Part shown: one piece after another, positions 46,370-56,213 of the stretch | Position numbering within the stretch: the first letter of the stretch is position 1 | Layout: every line of letters begins with the position of its first letter | Assembly (NCBI GenBank): GCA_963786105.1 | Contig: CAWAXX010000018.1 | Span: 64,001 to 128,000, forward strand | DNA from: Vulcanimicrobiota bacterium | GTDB lineage: Bacteria > Vulcanimicrobiota > Vulcanimicrobiia > Vulcanimicrobiales > Vulcanimicrobiaceae | Direction: 5' to 3' | Length of the DNA stretch: 64,000 nucleotides | Position numbers and translations under genes: made by a program | Notes under the pieces: model-generated | Database searches by the model: none | The model's input: only the letters and a program-made list of their open reading frames with translations | Told to the model about the DNA's origin: nothing

Positions 46370-47662
46370 CTATTCGGGACTCGTGACCTCGGCGTGGTCG
46401 ACGAGGAACTCAAGCGTCTTGTTCCTGACGATGCCTTCCATCAGCGACAACACATTGCTGCCCAGCGCTTTGCGTACCTTGGCAACCGGCTGCCGGTACT
46501 GCCGCGCCAACGCGTCGAGTTCTTCGGCGATATCCGCCGGCGTTGCGACGATGTTTTCCTTTTTCGCAATTTGCTCCACGAGCAGGGTGGTCTTGACGCG
46601 CACTTGCGCATCGGCCCGGTACTGTGCGCGCAGCTCTTCCTCGCTTTTTCCGAGCTGTACCAGATATTGCTCGAACTCGACACCGGCGCGCGCGGCCGCC
46701 GAAGCGGCGTCGTTCATGAGGTGATCGAGTTCCGCGTCGACCATCGTTTCCGGAAGCGCGAAGTCGTGCTCGCGTACGAGCGAATCGAGGACCGCGTTGG
46801 CGACGCCGCGGCGTTCGCGCGACGCGGAGATCGCTTCGAGCCGCCGTCGAACGTCGGCGCGCAGCTCTGCGACGGTGCGGTTGTCGGATACGCTCGCCGC
46901 GAATTCGTCGTCGATCTCGGGCAAGTCGAACCGTTTGACGTCGCGCAGCGCCACCGTAAATACGGCGTCTTTTCCGGCAAGCTCCGGCTGCGCGTAGCCG
47001 TCGGGGAACTGCGCCGCGACGTCCTTGGTTTCGCCGGCGCTCATGCCGACGATTCCCGCCACGAACCCCGGGATGAAACGCCCTTCGGTCAGCTCGGTCG
47101 ATTCGCCGGACGCGCTCCCACCCTCGAAGACGACGCCATCGATTTTCCCCTCGTAATCGAGCGTGACCACGTCGCCCAGTTGAGCGGGACGCTCGACCGG
47201 AACGAGCATCGCGCGCTCCTTCGCCAAGGCCTGCAGGCTACGTTCGACGTCGTCGTCGGTTACGACGACCGCCGGTCGGCTAACCGGAACCCCCTTGTAT
47301 TGTTGCAGAACGATCTCGGGACGCACTTCGACGGTCGCCTTCACCCGGGTGGGGCGCCCGTCGGTTTCTTCCAGCACTTCCATCTTGGGGCGGTTAACCG
47401 GCTCGAGGTCATGCTCGCGGACCGCCTTGGCGTACACCTCCGGCACGACTTCTTCCACCGCTTGGCTGGTGATGGCGTTGGAACCGTAGGCTTGCTCGAA
47501 AACCTTTCTCGGCACTTTACCCTGGCGAAACCCGGGCAGGCGCACGTTCTTGACCAGCTTGCGAAACGCGCGCTCCTCGGCAGCCGCCAGCTCGTCCAGG
47601 CCGATTGGAATTTCGAGCTCCACCTGGGTCGGGGCGAGTCGGGTCATCGTCGAGGTGGACAG
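46370..47662 (-). CDS. tig: Trigger factor
   Basis: PGFRQGKVP, FEGG, FIPGF, LAGK; start is CTG 47662 (AGGAG SD) or ATG 47647. Confidence 0.96.
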   Translation of the reverse strand: MSTSTMTRLAPTQVELEIPIGLDELAAAEERAFRKLVKNVRLPGFRQGKVPRKVFEQAYGSNAITSQAVEEVVPEVYAKAVREHDLEPVNRPKMEVLEETDGRPTRVKATVEVRPEIVLQQYKGVPVSRPAVVVTDDDVERSLQALAKERAMLVPVERPAQLGDVVTLDYEGKIDGVVFEGGSASGESTELTEGRFIPGFVAGIVGMSAGETKDVAAQFPDGYAQPELAGKDAVFTVALRDVKRFDLPEIDDEFAASVSDNRTVAELRADVRRRLEAISASRERRGVANAVLDSLVREHDFALPETMVDAELDHLMNDAASAAARAGVEFEQYLVQLGKSEEELRAQYRADAQVRVKTTLLVEQIAKKENIVATPADIAEELDALARQYRQPVAKVRKALGSNVLSLMEGIVRNKTLEFLVDHAEVTSPE

Positions 47663-47714
47663 GTCGGCTGTGCTCCTATAAAGGCGTGCATTGGCGTCGG
47701 CCTTCGCCTGCAAA

Positions 47715-47740
47715 CGAGGGGCCCCTGGAGGGGCCCCTCG
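47715..47740 (-). terminator. Strong hairpin downstream of tRNA-Gly
   Basis: cgaggggcccct-gg-aggggcccctcg perfect inverted repeat with a short T tail on the minus strand. Confidence 0.55.
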
Positions 47741-47750
47741 CGCCAAGCGA

Positions 47751-47825
47751 TGGAGCGGAAGACGAGATTCGAACTCGCGACCCTCGCCTTGGCAAGGCGA
47801 TGCTCTACCACTGAGCTACTTCCGC
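47751..47825 (-). tRNA. tRNA-Gly(GCC)
   Basis: GCGGAAGTAGCTCAGTGGTAGAGC..TTGCCAA..GTTCGAATC..CCA. Confidence 0.97.
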
Positions 47826-47854
47826 ACGTCGCTACCGATCGCTTTGGACCGGCG

Positions 47855-47936
47855 TGGGCAAGCAGAGACTCGAACTCTGACGGGTTGCCCCACTGGAACC
47901 TAAATCCAGCGCGTCTGCCAGTTCCGCCACATGCCC
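47855..47936 (-). tRNA. tRNA-Leu(TAG)
   Basis: GGGCATGTGGCGGAACTGGCAGACGCG..TTTAGGT, long variable arm, GTTCGAG; CCA not encoded. Confidence 0.95.
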
Positions 47937-48021
47937 TGCTCGCTGGTTCGCGGCGAACCCCGTTAAATAGAACGCCTCGGGTGCTTTTCCTCCCCGTGTT
48001 ATTTCAAGGCGAAAGCGGCTG

Positions 48022-48555
48022 CTACCGCGTGACGTAAACCGGTAGCTTCTGATTTTTGGGGCAGCTCGCGTTCGAGCACTTCACGCTGAGCAACTGATAG
48101 TAGTGGGCGGGTTTGATCGTCTTCGAAGCCGTGACCGTTTCGGTGGTCGGGTTGCCGGGGTTAGGCTTGAATGAACCCTTTAATCCCGGATTGCTCATCT
48201 TCGTCGACCACTGAACTTTCCCGCACGATATTTTTTTCGATCCTCGCTTGCACGTGACTTGGATCTTTAGTTGGCTCGAACGTCCTTGCTTCACGCAAAT
48301 CAGAGGAAACTTAGGATGCAAGCATGGATTCGAGTTTTCCGTTTCGGCCGGAACGGCTTCCGGCTCGGTCGAAGCGCCGCTGAGGACTCCCTGCGCCGCC
48401 GAGGAATCTGGCGTCGATTGCGACCATTGGTTTGCAAGATTCGCGCCGCCGCCGCTTGGCACGGTGCCGGCGCCCGAGCAACCGGCGATGAGAAGCGAAA
48501 AGGCCGCGGCGCCAAGCGCGTAGCGGGCAGCGCGAACGTTGTCGTGGAGTTTCAC
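48022..48555 (-). CDS. Cys- and Lys-rich lipoprotein of unknown function
   Basis: GGAGG SD, GTG start, LIAGC lipobox, six further Cys. Confidence 0.78.
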   Translation of the reverse strand: MKLHDNVRAARYALGAAAFSLLIAGCSGAGTVPSGGGANLANQWSQSTPDSSAAQGVLSGASTEPEAVPAETENSNPCLHPKFPLICVKQGRSSQLKIQVTCKRGSKKISCGKVQWSTKMSNPGLKGSFKPNPGNPTTETVTASKTIKPAHYYQLLSVKCSNASCPKNQKLPVYVTR

Positions 48556-48597
48556 CGGAGCCTCCAATGCGGAAATCCGCAAAAGCAGCGAGAGGTA

Positions 48598-48672
48598 TGG
48601 TGCACCGCGAGGGACTTGAACCCCCAACCAAGTGATTAAGAGTCACCTGCTCTACCATTGAGCTAGCGGTGC
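48598..48672 (-). tRNA. tRNA-Lys(CTT)
   Basis: GCACCGCTAGCTCAATGGTAGAGC..CTCTTAA..GTTCAAG..CCA. Confidence 0.96.
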
Positions 48673-48678
48673 AAAACG

Positions 48679-48751
48679 TGCGCCCTCCGGGACTCGAACC
48701 CGGGACCAACGGCTTAAAAGGCCGCTGCTCTACCGACTGAGCTAAAGGCGC
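48679..48751 (-). tRNA. tRNA-Lys(TTT)
   Basis: GCGCCTTTAGCTCAGTCGGTAGAGC..CTTTTAA..GTTCGAG; CCA not encoded. Confidence 0.96.
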
Positions 48752-48806
48752 TCGCGCGGTTTTGAGCCCTCGACTTTACGCAGCCTCCGGTCGGGCGTCC
48801 TGCGAA

Positions 48807-48884
48807 TGGGGTGACCGACGGGAATTGAACCCGCGACCTCTCGAGTCACAGTCGAGCGCTCTGACCAGCTGAGCTACGGTCACC
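48807..48884 (-). tRNA. tRNA-His(GTG)
   Basis: G(-1)GTGACCGTAGCTCAGCTGG..CTGTGAC..GTTCAAT..CCCA. Confidence 0.96.
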
Positions 48885-48896
48885 ACGATGTCGTCG

Positions 48897-48905
48897 ATTC
48901 TAGCA
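48897..48905 (-). promoter_or_regulatory. Extended -10 promoter for tRNA-His/Lys
   Basis: TG-c-TAGAAT 12 nt upstream of tRNA-His. Confidence 0.6.
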
Positions 48906-48931
48906 CGGCTCCGCGAAAGCCGGCGACCACT

Positions 48932-49005
<74 letters not shown>

Positions 49006-49055
49006 CTATCGGGGGCACGGCGCCCCGGTTAGAGTACCATGCCCGGGCAAGTGCG

Positions 49056-49133
49056 TGGTCGGGACGAGAAGATTCGAACTTCCGGCCTTTCGCTCCCAAA
49101 GCGAACGCTCTAACCAAGCTGAGCTACGTCCCG
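49056..49133 (-). tRNA. tRNA-Pro(TGG)
   Basis: CGGGACGTAGCTCAGCTTGGTTAGAGC, loop TTTGGGA, GTTCGAATC..CCA. Confidence 0.96.
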
Positions 49134-49217
49134 GCGCGGCGCTGCCGCCCGCCAAACTGACGAGCCGCTTTCCGTTGGTGGCAATTCTCTCCTCTACCGA
49201 TTCACCGCTACTTCTAC

Positions 49218-50060
49218 TTAGAATAGCAATTGATGGTAACCGACGTAGTTGGCGAGATCCGGCAACGGTTCGTCACGGGCAATGGTGAATGCATCTTGGA
49301 TTTGTAAGCCTGCTTGAAGCGCAGCGCGGGCGATCCGAACGTTTGAGCCGGGAACGAGCGCCGTGCACCACGTCGCGCCGTGCGTTCGCGCGAGCGTGAC
49401 GAGTTCGAACGCAAGGATCTGCACGAGATACGCCGCAGAACTCGCCGCCAGCGGCCCGATCCGGCCGTCGGGCCAGACGTACGCGTAGGCGACGAACTCG
49501 CCGTTTAGGAAGAACGCTTGTCCTGCGGCATCCCGCGCGAACCTTTCGTGATCGCTTGGCCGAACGACGCCGCGCGTCTCCCGATCCAGCGCATTGAGGC
49601 CGAAGGCGTGCGCCGTCGGATCGATCGTGTCGACGGCGAACCGGTAATCCCCGGCCGCCATACGCATGAGGCTTTCTTCGCGCGGAATCGCGCCGGCTAG
49701 GCGAACCACCAGCGCGCGAGGCGAGATGCCGCGGCGCAACGCGAGAGCCAGCCCGGCGGAATCGGCCGGATCCAGCACGACGGCGCGAGCGGCGTCGCCC
49801 GCATCGGCGAAAACGGCGTCGAGAAGTTTGCCGCCGAGACCCTGTCCGCGATAGGACGGTTCCAAGAAGAGTTGGCCGGTGTATCGCTCGTCTCCAGAGC
49901 CGTGTGCGACCGCCAAGCCGACGGTTTCGCTTTCGTCGCGCGCAATCCACGCCATCCCGACAACCGCCGCTTGAAGTCCAAGCTCGAGGCTGGTTTCGTC
50001 GACCGCCCTCCGGCGAAGCAGCGTGCGTACGTCGTCGACGCCGGCGAGACCGATCGTCAT
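49218..50060 (-). CDS. GNAT-family acetyltransferase (tandem GNAT-like)
   Basis: LFLEPSYRGQGLGGKLL acetyl-CoA motif; C-terminal GRIGPLAA. Confidence 0.82.
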   Translation of the reverse strand: MTIGLAGVDDVRTLLRRRAVDETSLELGLQAAVVGMAWIARDESETVGLAVAHGSGDERYTGQLFLEPSYRGQGLGGKLLDAVFADAGDAARAVVLDPADSAGLALALRRGISPRALVVRLAGAIPREESLMRMAAGDYRFAVDTIDPTAHAFGLNALDRETRGVVRPSDHERFARDAAGQAFFLNGEFVAYAYVWPDGRIGPLAASSAAYLVQILAFELVTLARTHGATWCTALVPGSNVRIARAALQAGLQIQDAFTIARDEPLPDLANYVGYHQLLF

Positions 50061-50061
50061 C

Positions 50062-50658
50062 TCAGACACGCCGGCGCAGGTCCGCCAGCAGTTCGGTCGC
50101 CGCCGCGCGCCGATGGCTGACCGCGTTCTTTTCGTCAGCGCGCAGTTCGGCAAACGTGCACTCCCGCGGCGGATAATAGAACAGCGGATCGTATCCGAAT
50201 CCGCCAGTACCTCGTTCGGCTTCGCTGACGCGGCCGTCTACGGTACCAAACGACGTCAGCTCCTCGCCGCCGGGCCCGATCAATGCCAGCGCCGAGACGA
50301 ATCGGGCGCCACGTCTCGATTCGGGGACGCCGCGCATCTCGTCAAGCAGCTGCGCTCGTCGTTGCGGCCACGACGCGCCGGTTCCGCCGTACCGGGCCGA
50401 ATACACGCCGGGACGGCCGTCGAGTGCGTCCACCTCGAGGCCGCTGTCGTCGCCGATTGCTGCGGCTTCAATTCCCGCGTCGCGGAGTTGCCGCGCCATG
50501 GCCCGCGCCTTGAACAACGCATTGCCGCGATACGAGCCGGCGTCCTCGACGACGTCGCCGTACGCATCGTATGCATGGAGCTCCAACGGCGAGCCATCGA
50601 AAATGGCCCTGAGCTCAGCGAACTTTCCCGCGTTCTTGGTGGCAACGTAAGCCTTCAT
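50062..50658 (-). CDS. rdgB: dITP/XTP pyrophosphatase (Ham1 family)
   Basis: ATKNAGK, DDSGLEVDAL.GRPGVYSARY, GFGYDPLF, KNAVSHR. Confidence 0.96.
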   Translation of the reverse strand: MKAYVATKNAGKFAELRAIFDGSPLELHAYDAYGDVVEDAGSYRGNALFKARAMARQLRDAGIEAAAIGDDSGLEVDALDGRPGVYSARYGGTGASWPQRRAQLLDEMRGVPESRRGARFVSALALIGPGGEELTSFGTVDGRVSEAERGTGGFGYDPLFYYPPRECTFAELRADEKNAVSHRRAAATELLADLRRRV

Positions 50659-50674
50659 CGCGTCGAACGGATCG

Positions 50675-52504
50675 CTAGTCTTGCAGACGCAGGACCGCCA
50701 TGAACGCCTCCTGCGGAAGCTCGACGCGGCCGACGCGTTTCATGCGCTCTTTCCCGACCTTTTGTTTCTCCAGCAGCTTGCGCTTGCGCGTGATGTCTCC
50801 CCCGTAGCATTTCGCCAGCACGTTCTTGCGAATCGCGCTCACGGTTTCTCGGGCGACGATCTTTCCGCCGATCGCGGCCTGAATCGGCACGTCGAACATC
50901 TGGCGTGGAATCAGCTCTTTGAGTCTCTCGGTCAACGCGCGCCCGCGTTGCGCGGCCTTGTCGCGGGACACGATGAACGAAAGCGCGTCGACGGGCTCGC
51001 CATTGAGTAAAATCTCCAGCTTGACAAGCTCGCCCTCGTGATAGCCGATCACGTCGTAGTCGAGCGACGCGTATCCCTTGGTGCGCGACTTCAGAATGTC
51101 GAAGAAATCCACGATGATCTCGATCAGCGGCATCTCGTAGGTCATGATGACGCGACCGTCGTGGAGATATTCCATATTCGCGAGCGTCCCACGGCGATTT
51201 TGCGTGATCTCCATGATCGCGCCGACGTACTCGGGCGGCGCGATGATCGTCGCCTTCACGTAGGGCTCCTCGATACTGCGAATCAGGTTCGGCGCCGGAA
51301 GCTTCGATGGATTATCGATCATCTCCACGGAGTCGTCGTTGCGTACAACCCGGAAGACCACCGACGGCGACGTCGCGATCAGATCGAGCGTGTAGTCGCG
51401 CTCCAAGCGCTCTTGTACGATCTCCATGTGCAGCAGACCCAGGAACCCGCATCGGAAACCGAAGCCGAGCGCCACCGAACTCTCCGGTTCGTACACCAGG
51501 GCGGCATCGTTAAGTTTTAATTTTTCGAGCGCGTCGCGAAGCTCCTCGTATTCGACGCCTTCGTTCGGATACAGCCCGCAGTACACCATCGGCACGGCTT
51601 TGCGATAGCCTACCAGTGCAACGTGGGCGGGATTGGCCTGAGACGTAATGGTATCCCCGACGTCGATTTCGCCGAGCGACCTGATGTTGCCGATCGCGTA
51701 GCCGACGCCGCCTAGTTCGAGTTTATCGGTCGGTCGCATTTCGGGCGCAAACACCCCCACCTCGGTGCACTCGTATACGCGCTGGTGCGCCATCGACATG
51801 AAACGTGTCCCGGCGGCCAGCTCGCCGTCGACGACCCGAACGTAGCTCACGACGCCGCGATACGGATCGAACTGCGCGTTGAACACTAGGGCGCGCAAAT
51901 GGTCGCGGTGCCCGGTCGGCGGTGGAATTCTCGTGACGATCGCTTCCAGGATCTCTTCGATGCCGACGCCGTTCTTGGCGCTGGCCAGGATGCATTCGCT
52001 CTTCTCCATCACGAGCAACTCTTCGATCTCGCCCATGACGCGCTGCGGATCGGCGGCCGGCAGGTCGATCTTGTTAATGACCGGGATGATGGTGAGATCG
52101 TGCTCCAGCGCGAGATGATAGTTTGCCAGCGTCTGAGCCTCGATGCCTTGGGCGGCATCGATGATCAGCAACGCGCCTTCGCACGCCGCCAGCGAGCGGG
52201 AGACTTCGTACGAGAAGTCGACGTGCCCCGGCGTGTCGATGAGATTGAGCTGGTAGGTCTCCCCGCTTCGCGCGGTATAGTTGAGCGTTACCGGATGCAT
52301 CCGGATGGTGATGCCGCGCTCGCGCTCGAGATCCATCGCATCGAGCTGTTGCTCGCCGAGGTTGCGCGACGCGATCGTTCGCGTGATCTCGAGCAGCCGG
52401 TCCGACAACGTCGTTTTGCCGTGGTCGATATGGGCGATGATGCAGAAGTTGCGTACGTTGCTCGAGGTCTCGAGTCGATGTGGATGACCCGGCCTCACCG
52501 GCAT
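50675..52504 (-). CDS. lepA: Elongation factor 4
   Basis: [51 protein letters not shown]. Confidence 0.98.
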   Translation of the reverse strand: MPVRPGHPHRLETSSNVRNFCIIAHIDHGKTTLSDRLLEITRTIASRNLGEQQLDAMDLERERGITIRMHPVTLNYTARSGETYQLNLIDTPGHVDFSYEVSRSLAACEGALLIIDAAQGIEAQTLANYHLALEHDLTIIPVINKIDLPAADPQRVMGEIEELLVMEKSECILASAKNGVGIEEILEAIVTRIPPPTGHRDHLRALVFNAQFDPYRGVVSYVRVVDGELAAGTRFMSMAHQRVYECTEVGVFAPEMRPTDKLELGGVGYAIGNIRSLGEIDVGDTITSQANPAHVALVGYRKAVPMVYCGLYPNEGVEYEELRDALEKLKLNDAALVYEPESSVALGFGFRCGFLGLLHMEIVQERLERDYTLDLIATSPSVVFRVVRNDDSVEMIDNPSKLPAPNLIRSIEEPYVKATIIAPPEYVGAIMEITQNRRGTLANMEYLHDGRVIMTYEMPLIEIIVDFFDILKSRTKGYASLDYDVIGYHEGELVKLEILLNGEPVDALSFIVSRDKAAQRGRALTERLKELIPRQMFDVPIQAAIGGKIVARETVSAIRKNVLAKCYGGDITRKRKLLEKQKVGKERMKRVGRVELPQEAFMAVLRLQD

Positions 52505-52523
52505 GGTCGCACCCGGCGCAGCC

Positions 52524-52811
52524 CTAGTAGAGACGAAAGCACGAGTTGACGATCGCCGAGCTTATCAACGGGCGAACGACGAACTGTAAGAGGAGGATCA
52601 CGATCAGGAAGGCCAGATCGAATCCCCCGAGCGGCGGAACGATGCGCCGGATGGGAACGAGCACCGGTTCGACGATCGCTGCCAAATAGTAGACCCAGCG
52701 TCCGCGCAAATCGGGTATCCACGAGATGACCGCGTACGCGAACAACACGACCGTATAGATGTTGACGATGACGCCGAGTATCTGCGTCAGGTTACAGAGG
52801 ATGCCGTTCAT
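52524..52811 (-). CDS. YggT-family membrane protein
   Basis: [23 protein letters not shown]. Confidence 0.92.
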   Translation of the reverse strand: MNGILCNLTQILGVIVNIYTVVLFAYAVISWIPDLRGRWVYYLAAIVEPVLVPIRRIVPPLGGFDLAFLIVILLLQFVVRPLISSAIVNSCFRLY

Positions 52812-52823
52812 CGACGATGCCTT

Positions 52824-53741
52824 CTAGGGCAACGTGGCTAAGACATTCGACGGAACGCCGTGCAGGAACGGCGATGGGTCGACCGGTTGACCTTCAAACA
52901 TGATTTGATAATGCAGGTGTGGTCCGGTTGCAAATCCAGTAGCTCCGACGGCGGCGATGGTCTCGCCTTTGTAGACGCGTTGTCCGACCGCGACGTCCGT
53001 GCGCGAAAGGTGAGCGTACCACGTGTGATAGCCGTTGCCGTGGTCGATGTCGACTTTGATACCGTACCCGCCGTCGTATCCGGTCGCGACGACCGTACCG
53101 GCTGCCGACGCGCGTACGGTTTCACCGAAGTCGGCGCCGAGGTCGACGCCTTCGTGAAACTCGGCGTCGGGGGAGCTACGGTAGCAGAAACAGCCGACGA
53201 CGGCCGCTCCGTCGACCGGATCGATCGACGGAATCGCCGCGATCTCGCGCGCACGCACGAGGGTTCGCAGATGCTGCATATTGAGCACGCGGAGTGCGAG
53301 CGTTTTCACGCCGTCCGATTCTCGCCGGGTGGCCGCGGAGGCAACGCTGAGGGCCCGCACGTGCTGCTCGACGATCTGTAACGGCGGTCCGGAACGCACC
53401 CACGACGTCTTCTGAACCGTCGCCGAATGCCCCGAGGGCGCGCCGATCAGCTGCCGGATCTCTTGATTCTGGCGTTGTACGCGCTGAAGTTCGCGGCGCA
53501 GCGCTTCGGTCTTGGCATCGATCGCGTCGAGCGTACTGCGTTGCCGTTCGGCTTGCGAGCGCAACGACGCAACTTGAGCGTGGGCCCGCAAACTCTGCAC
53601 GCTCGCAAAAAGTAGCGATCCAGCGACGATCGTGGCGATGGTGGCAAGAATCGCGGCAAAATACCGCTTGCGAACCCGGAAACGATGAACCTTGTCGCCC
53701 TTTTGCGGGACGATTTTTACGTAGTACCGGTCTCGGATCAT
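52824..53741 (-). CDS. M23-family metallopeptidase with coiled coil
   Basis: HEGVD, GYG..V.IDHGNG..T.YAHL, TGPHLHY. Confidence 0.93.
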   Translation of the reverse strand: MIRDRYYVKIVPQKGDKVHRFRVRKRYFAAILATIATIVAGSLLFASVQSLRAHAQVASLRSQAERQRSTLDAIDAKTEALRRELQRVQRQNQEIRQLIGAPSGHSATVQKTSWVRSGPPLQIVEQHVRALSVASAATRRESDGVKTLALRVLNMQHLRTLVRAREIAAIPSIDPVDGAAVVGCFCYRSSPDAEFHEGVDLGADFGETVRASAAGTVVATGYDGGYGIKVDIDHGNGYHTWYAHLSRTDVAVGQRVYKGETIAAVGATGFATGPHLHYQIMFEGQPVDPSPFLHGVPSNVLATLP

Positions 53742-54235
53742 AATTCTACAGTCGCTGCGCGGGCGCGTTCGATAGCTTGCAATTCTTCCTCGGATGCGTT
53801 CGCGGCCGGCTTGAAACGGCTAACGGCTTTCCCGTACGTCCGGGTGTCGGTCCGCGAGTAGATGCTCGATAGCAGGACGCCGTCCCCTTCGCGATTGAGC
53901 AGAGCCAACGCGTAGGACAGGTCGGAACCCGTATCGTCCAGTGCGTTGTACCTAACGAATCCAATCTTCGAAACGTCTCGCGCCGCCAACGCTTCCAGCT
54001 CGGCCACCCGGGCAGCAAGACGTTCGAAGGCCTCCCGACCGGCCGCTTGTCCGGTGGTCAATTCCTCCAGACGGTCGGCTGCTCCGGAGCCGCCGCCAAT
54101 CAACCCGTCGTGCACGGCTAGCAAGCTTCGTGCCTCGGCGAGGGCTGGGCGCACCACCATCAGGTGATAAGCCCCGAGCGCCACCAGCGCCCCGCCAAAT
54201 GCGGCGACGACGGCATAAACGATTGCAATCGGCAT
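53738..54235 (-). CDS. DUF4446-family protein
   Basis: N-terminal TM helix, KIGFVRYNA.DD.GSDLSYALALL...GDG, RTYGK, SEEE. Confidence 0.85.
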   Translation of the reverse strand: MPIAIVYAVVAAFGGALVALGAYHLMVVRPALAEARSLLAVHDGLIGGGSGAADRLEELTTGQAAGREAFERLAARVAELEALAARDVSKIGFVRYNALDDTGSDLSYALALLNREGDGVLLSSIYSRTDTRTYGKAVSRFKPAANASEEELQAIERARAATVEL

Positions 54236-54245
54236 ATAAATAGAT

Positions 54246-54363
54246 ACCACGACGAGAGTCAGGTGGATCACGGCACCCGTAAGGGCTCGCTTACCGTTGC
54301 TTCCTTCCGGACCTGGCGGGGTTCACGGGGTTACGCCGCGTGAAGCCCAACCCCCATCATGGC
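54246..54363 (-). ncRNA. ffs: Signal recognition particle RNA (small type)
   Basis: CCGCCAGGTCCGGAAGGAAGCAACGG domain IV; 18-bp terminal stem GCCATGATGGGGGTTGGG/CCTGACTCTCGTCGTGGT; TG-a-TATCAT extended -10 just upstream. Confidence 0.95.
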
Positions 54364-54455
54364 TCCGCCATGATATCACAGCGCACCGGCGGGGCCTTCC
54401 CGGGAAGTCGCATTCGAGGCAGCCAAGCCACCGCCATGGTTCGAGGATTCCCATA

Positions 54456-54947
54456 ATGGTTGCGACCCTGGTCGCCGTGGCGACCGCCCTAATGGCGCTT
54501 CACAGCGGCGACTTCGCCGCCGGCGGCACGATCCCGAGCGCGCTCATGGCGGCCGACTGCGGCGGCCAGAACCGCCCCCCCGCCCTCGAATGGAAGAATG
54601 CCCCGGCTTCCACCAAGTCTTTCGCGTTGACCGAACGCGACCCCGACGCGCCGATTGCCGGCGGCTTCTATCATTGGGTCGTCTACGACGTGCCGCCAGG
54701 CACCAGTTCGCTGAGCCGTGCGCCGTATGGATCGAATCGCTTGGGACGAGCCTCGACCGGCAAGCCGGAATACTACGGACCCTGCCCGCCGCCCGGACCC
54801 GCGCATCACTACATCTTTACGTTGTACGCCCTCGACGTGGCGAGCCTCGACGGCGGCACGCCGCTAACCGGACCGCAACTCGAATCGCGCGTGCGCGCGC
54901 ACGTTATCGCCCGCGCCACACTCGAGGCGACCGCCGCTCGTCCGTAG
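54456..54947 (+). CDS. YbhB/YbcL (PEBP/RKIP-like) protein
   Basis: DPDAP..GFYHWVVYD, YYGPCPPPG.AHHYIFTLYALD. Confidence 0.93.
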   Translation: MVATLVAVATALMALHSGDFAAGGTIPSALMAADCGGQNRPPALEWKNAPASTKSFALTERDPDAPIAGGFYHWVVYDVPPGTSSLSRAPYGSNRLGRASTGKPEYYGPCPPPGPAHHYIFTLYALDVASLDGGTPLTGPQLESRVRAHVIARATLEATAARP

Positions 54948-54951
54948 CCGC

Positions 54952-55944
54952 TTACGATCCTTGTGTGAAGGCCGCCGGAATCTCGAATAGCGACGCGGCG
55001 TCGGCGCCGCCCAACCACTTCACGTTTCCGCGCTCGACGAACATGCCCGCTCCGTTCTTTGGGCCTGCGGCCGTCGACATCCCGGAGAACATCACCAGAG
55101 CGTCGCCGCTGCCCACACCGATTCCCATCGTATCGAGGTTGAAGTCGCCGCTTTGCGCGCCCGCAATCGCCGGCTTGCAACCGCCCTGCACGGCTCCGGC
55201 CGCTTCCAGCGGATTCATCCCGTGCGGCAATGGACAGAAGCGGTGCGGAACGTTGACATTCGAAACGTACTGCGTCACGTTCATATTGAAATCCCCATTC
55301 CGGCACGAACCGGTGGCGTTGGACATTTTGACGTCCACGCTGCGATCCCATCCGGTGGTCGCCACGCCGTCGATCGTCATCGGACCGAGGTTTTTGCTGG
55401 TTGCGGTCGTGGTGAGATCGACCGTTCCCGGCGCCTCCCGCGACGCTTGCATGGGCGCGCCCATCGGTTGCATCGGTGTCGAACACGCGGCTTGCGCCGT
55501 AATCGTCGCGTACGTCTTATTGGCGAGATCCAATTTGACGTACTGATGCTGGTCGCACTTTTCAATCGTGGCCGTTCGCGCGACCGGATCGTCGCGGCGA
55601 ATCCAGCCGCGGTAAAAGGTGTATCTCACAAGGTGCAGCGCAAACGCCATCTGCTGCATCTGTTCCGCATACGCGCGCGCTGCCGCGGGGTTCAGCATCG
55701 TTCCGAAGTTAAAGCTGGGAGCCTTCGGCGCCGGCGTCGCCGCAGCGGCCAACTGATAGTCGACGGCGAACGTGCCGGGTGCCGGCGGGGTTGCCGGGGG
55801 AAAGACCATCCGGGTGATTTCGTCGTACTGTAGTGCGGCGGGCGTCGGCGTCGCGGCGACGGCCGCTCCCGAGCCCGCCTGGAAAGCCGGTGTGAGAAAA
55901 GCGGCGACTGCAAGCGCCGCAAAAGCTGCGAGCGTCCACTTCAT
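54952..55944 (-). CDS. Secreted hypothetical protein
   Basis: Signal peptide, several Cys, ends ASLFEIPAAF (LolA/DUF4412-like tail). Confidence 0.75.
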   Translation of the reverse strand: MKWTLAAFAALAVAAFLTPAFQAGSGAAVAATPTPAALQYDEITRMVFPPATPPAPGTFAVDYQLAAAATPAPKAPSFNFGTMLNPAAARAYAEQMQQMAFALHLVRYTFYRGWIRRDDPVARTATIEKCDQHQYVKLDLANKTYATITAQAACSTPMQPMGAPMQASREAPGTVDLTTTATSKNLGPMTIDGVATTGWDRSVDVKMSNATGSCRNGDFNMNVTQYVSNVNVPHRFCPLPHGMNPLEAAGAVQGGCKPAIAGAQSGDFNLDTMGIGVGSGDALVMFSGMSTAAGPKNGAGMFVERGNVKWLGGADAASLFEIPAAFTQGS

Positions 55945-55988
55945 GGGTACCGGAGTGCGCCATAAAGGCGTCGAAGGCCTGGCGCGCG

Positions 55989-56213
55989 ATGCAAAACGTA
56001 ACGATCAAGGTCCGCGAAAATGGGCCGTACCTGGTGAAGGGTCCGGTGACGTTGACCGATGCCGACGGCAATGCGTACGTCGTCGAAACGGTCGACATCG
56101 CGTTGTGCCGTTGCGGCGGATCGCAAACCAAGCCGTTTTGCGACGGATCGCACAAATCCAACGGTTTCACCGCGACGCAGCGGGCAACCGCAGCCGCGAC
56201 GGAGGCTCTCTAA
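55989..56213 (+). CDS. CDGSH iron-sulfur domain protein
   Basis: NGPYLV, LCRCGGS.TKPFCDGSH. Confidence 0.93.
   Translation: MQNVTIKVRENGPYLVKGPVTLTDADGNAYVVETVDIALCRCGGSQTKPFCDGSHKSNGFTATQRATAAATEAL

Noticed and set aside
44248..48037. 571-aa and 557-aa plus-strand ORFs
   Set aside because: Antisense to clpX/clpP and to tig and tRNAs
47937..48597. Prophage or integrative element at the tRNAs
   Set aside because: No integrase and no duplicated tRNA 3' end
54364..54440. Alu domain of a large-type SRP RNA
   Set aside because: An extended -10 (TG-a-TATCAT) sits directly before the terminal stem, which fits a small SRP better
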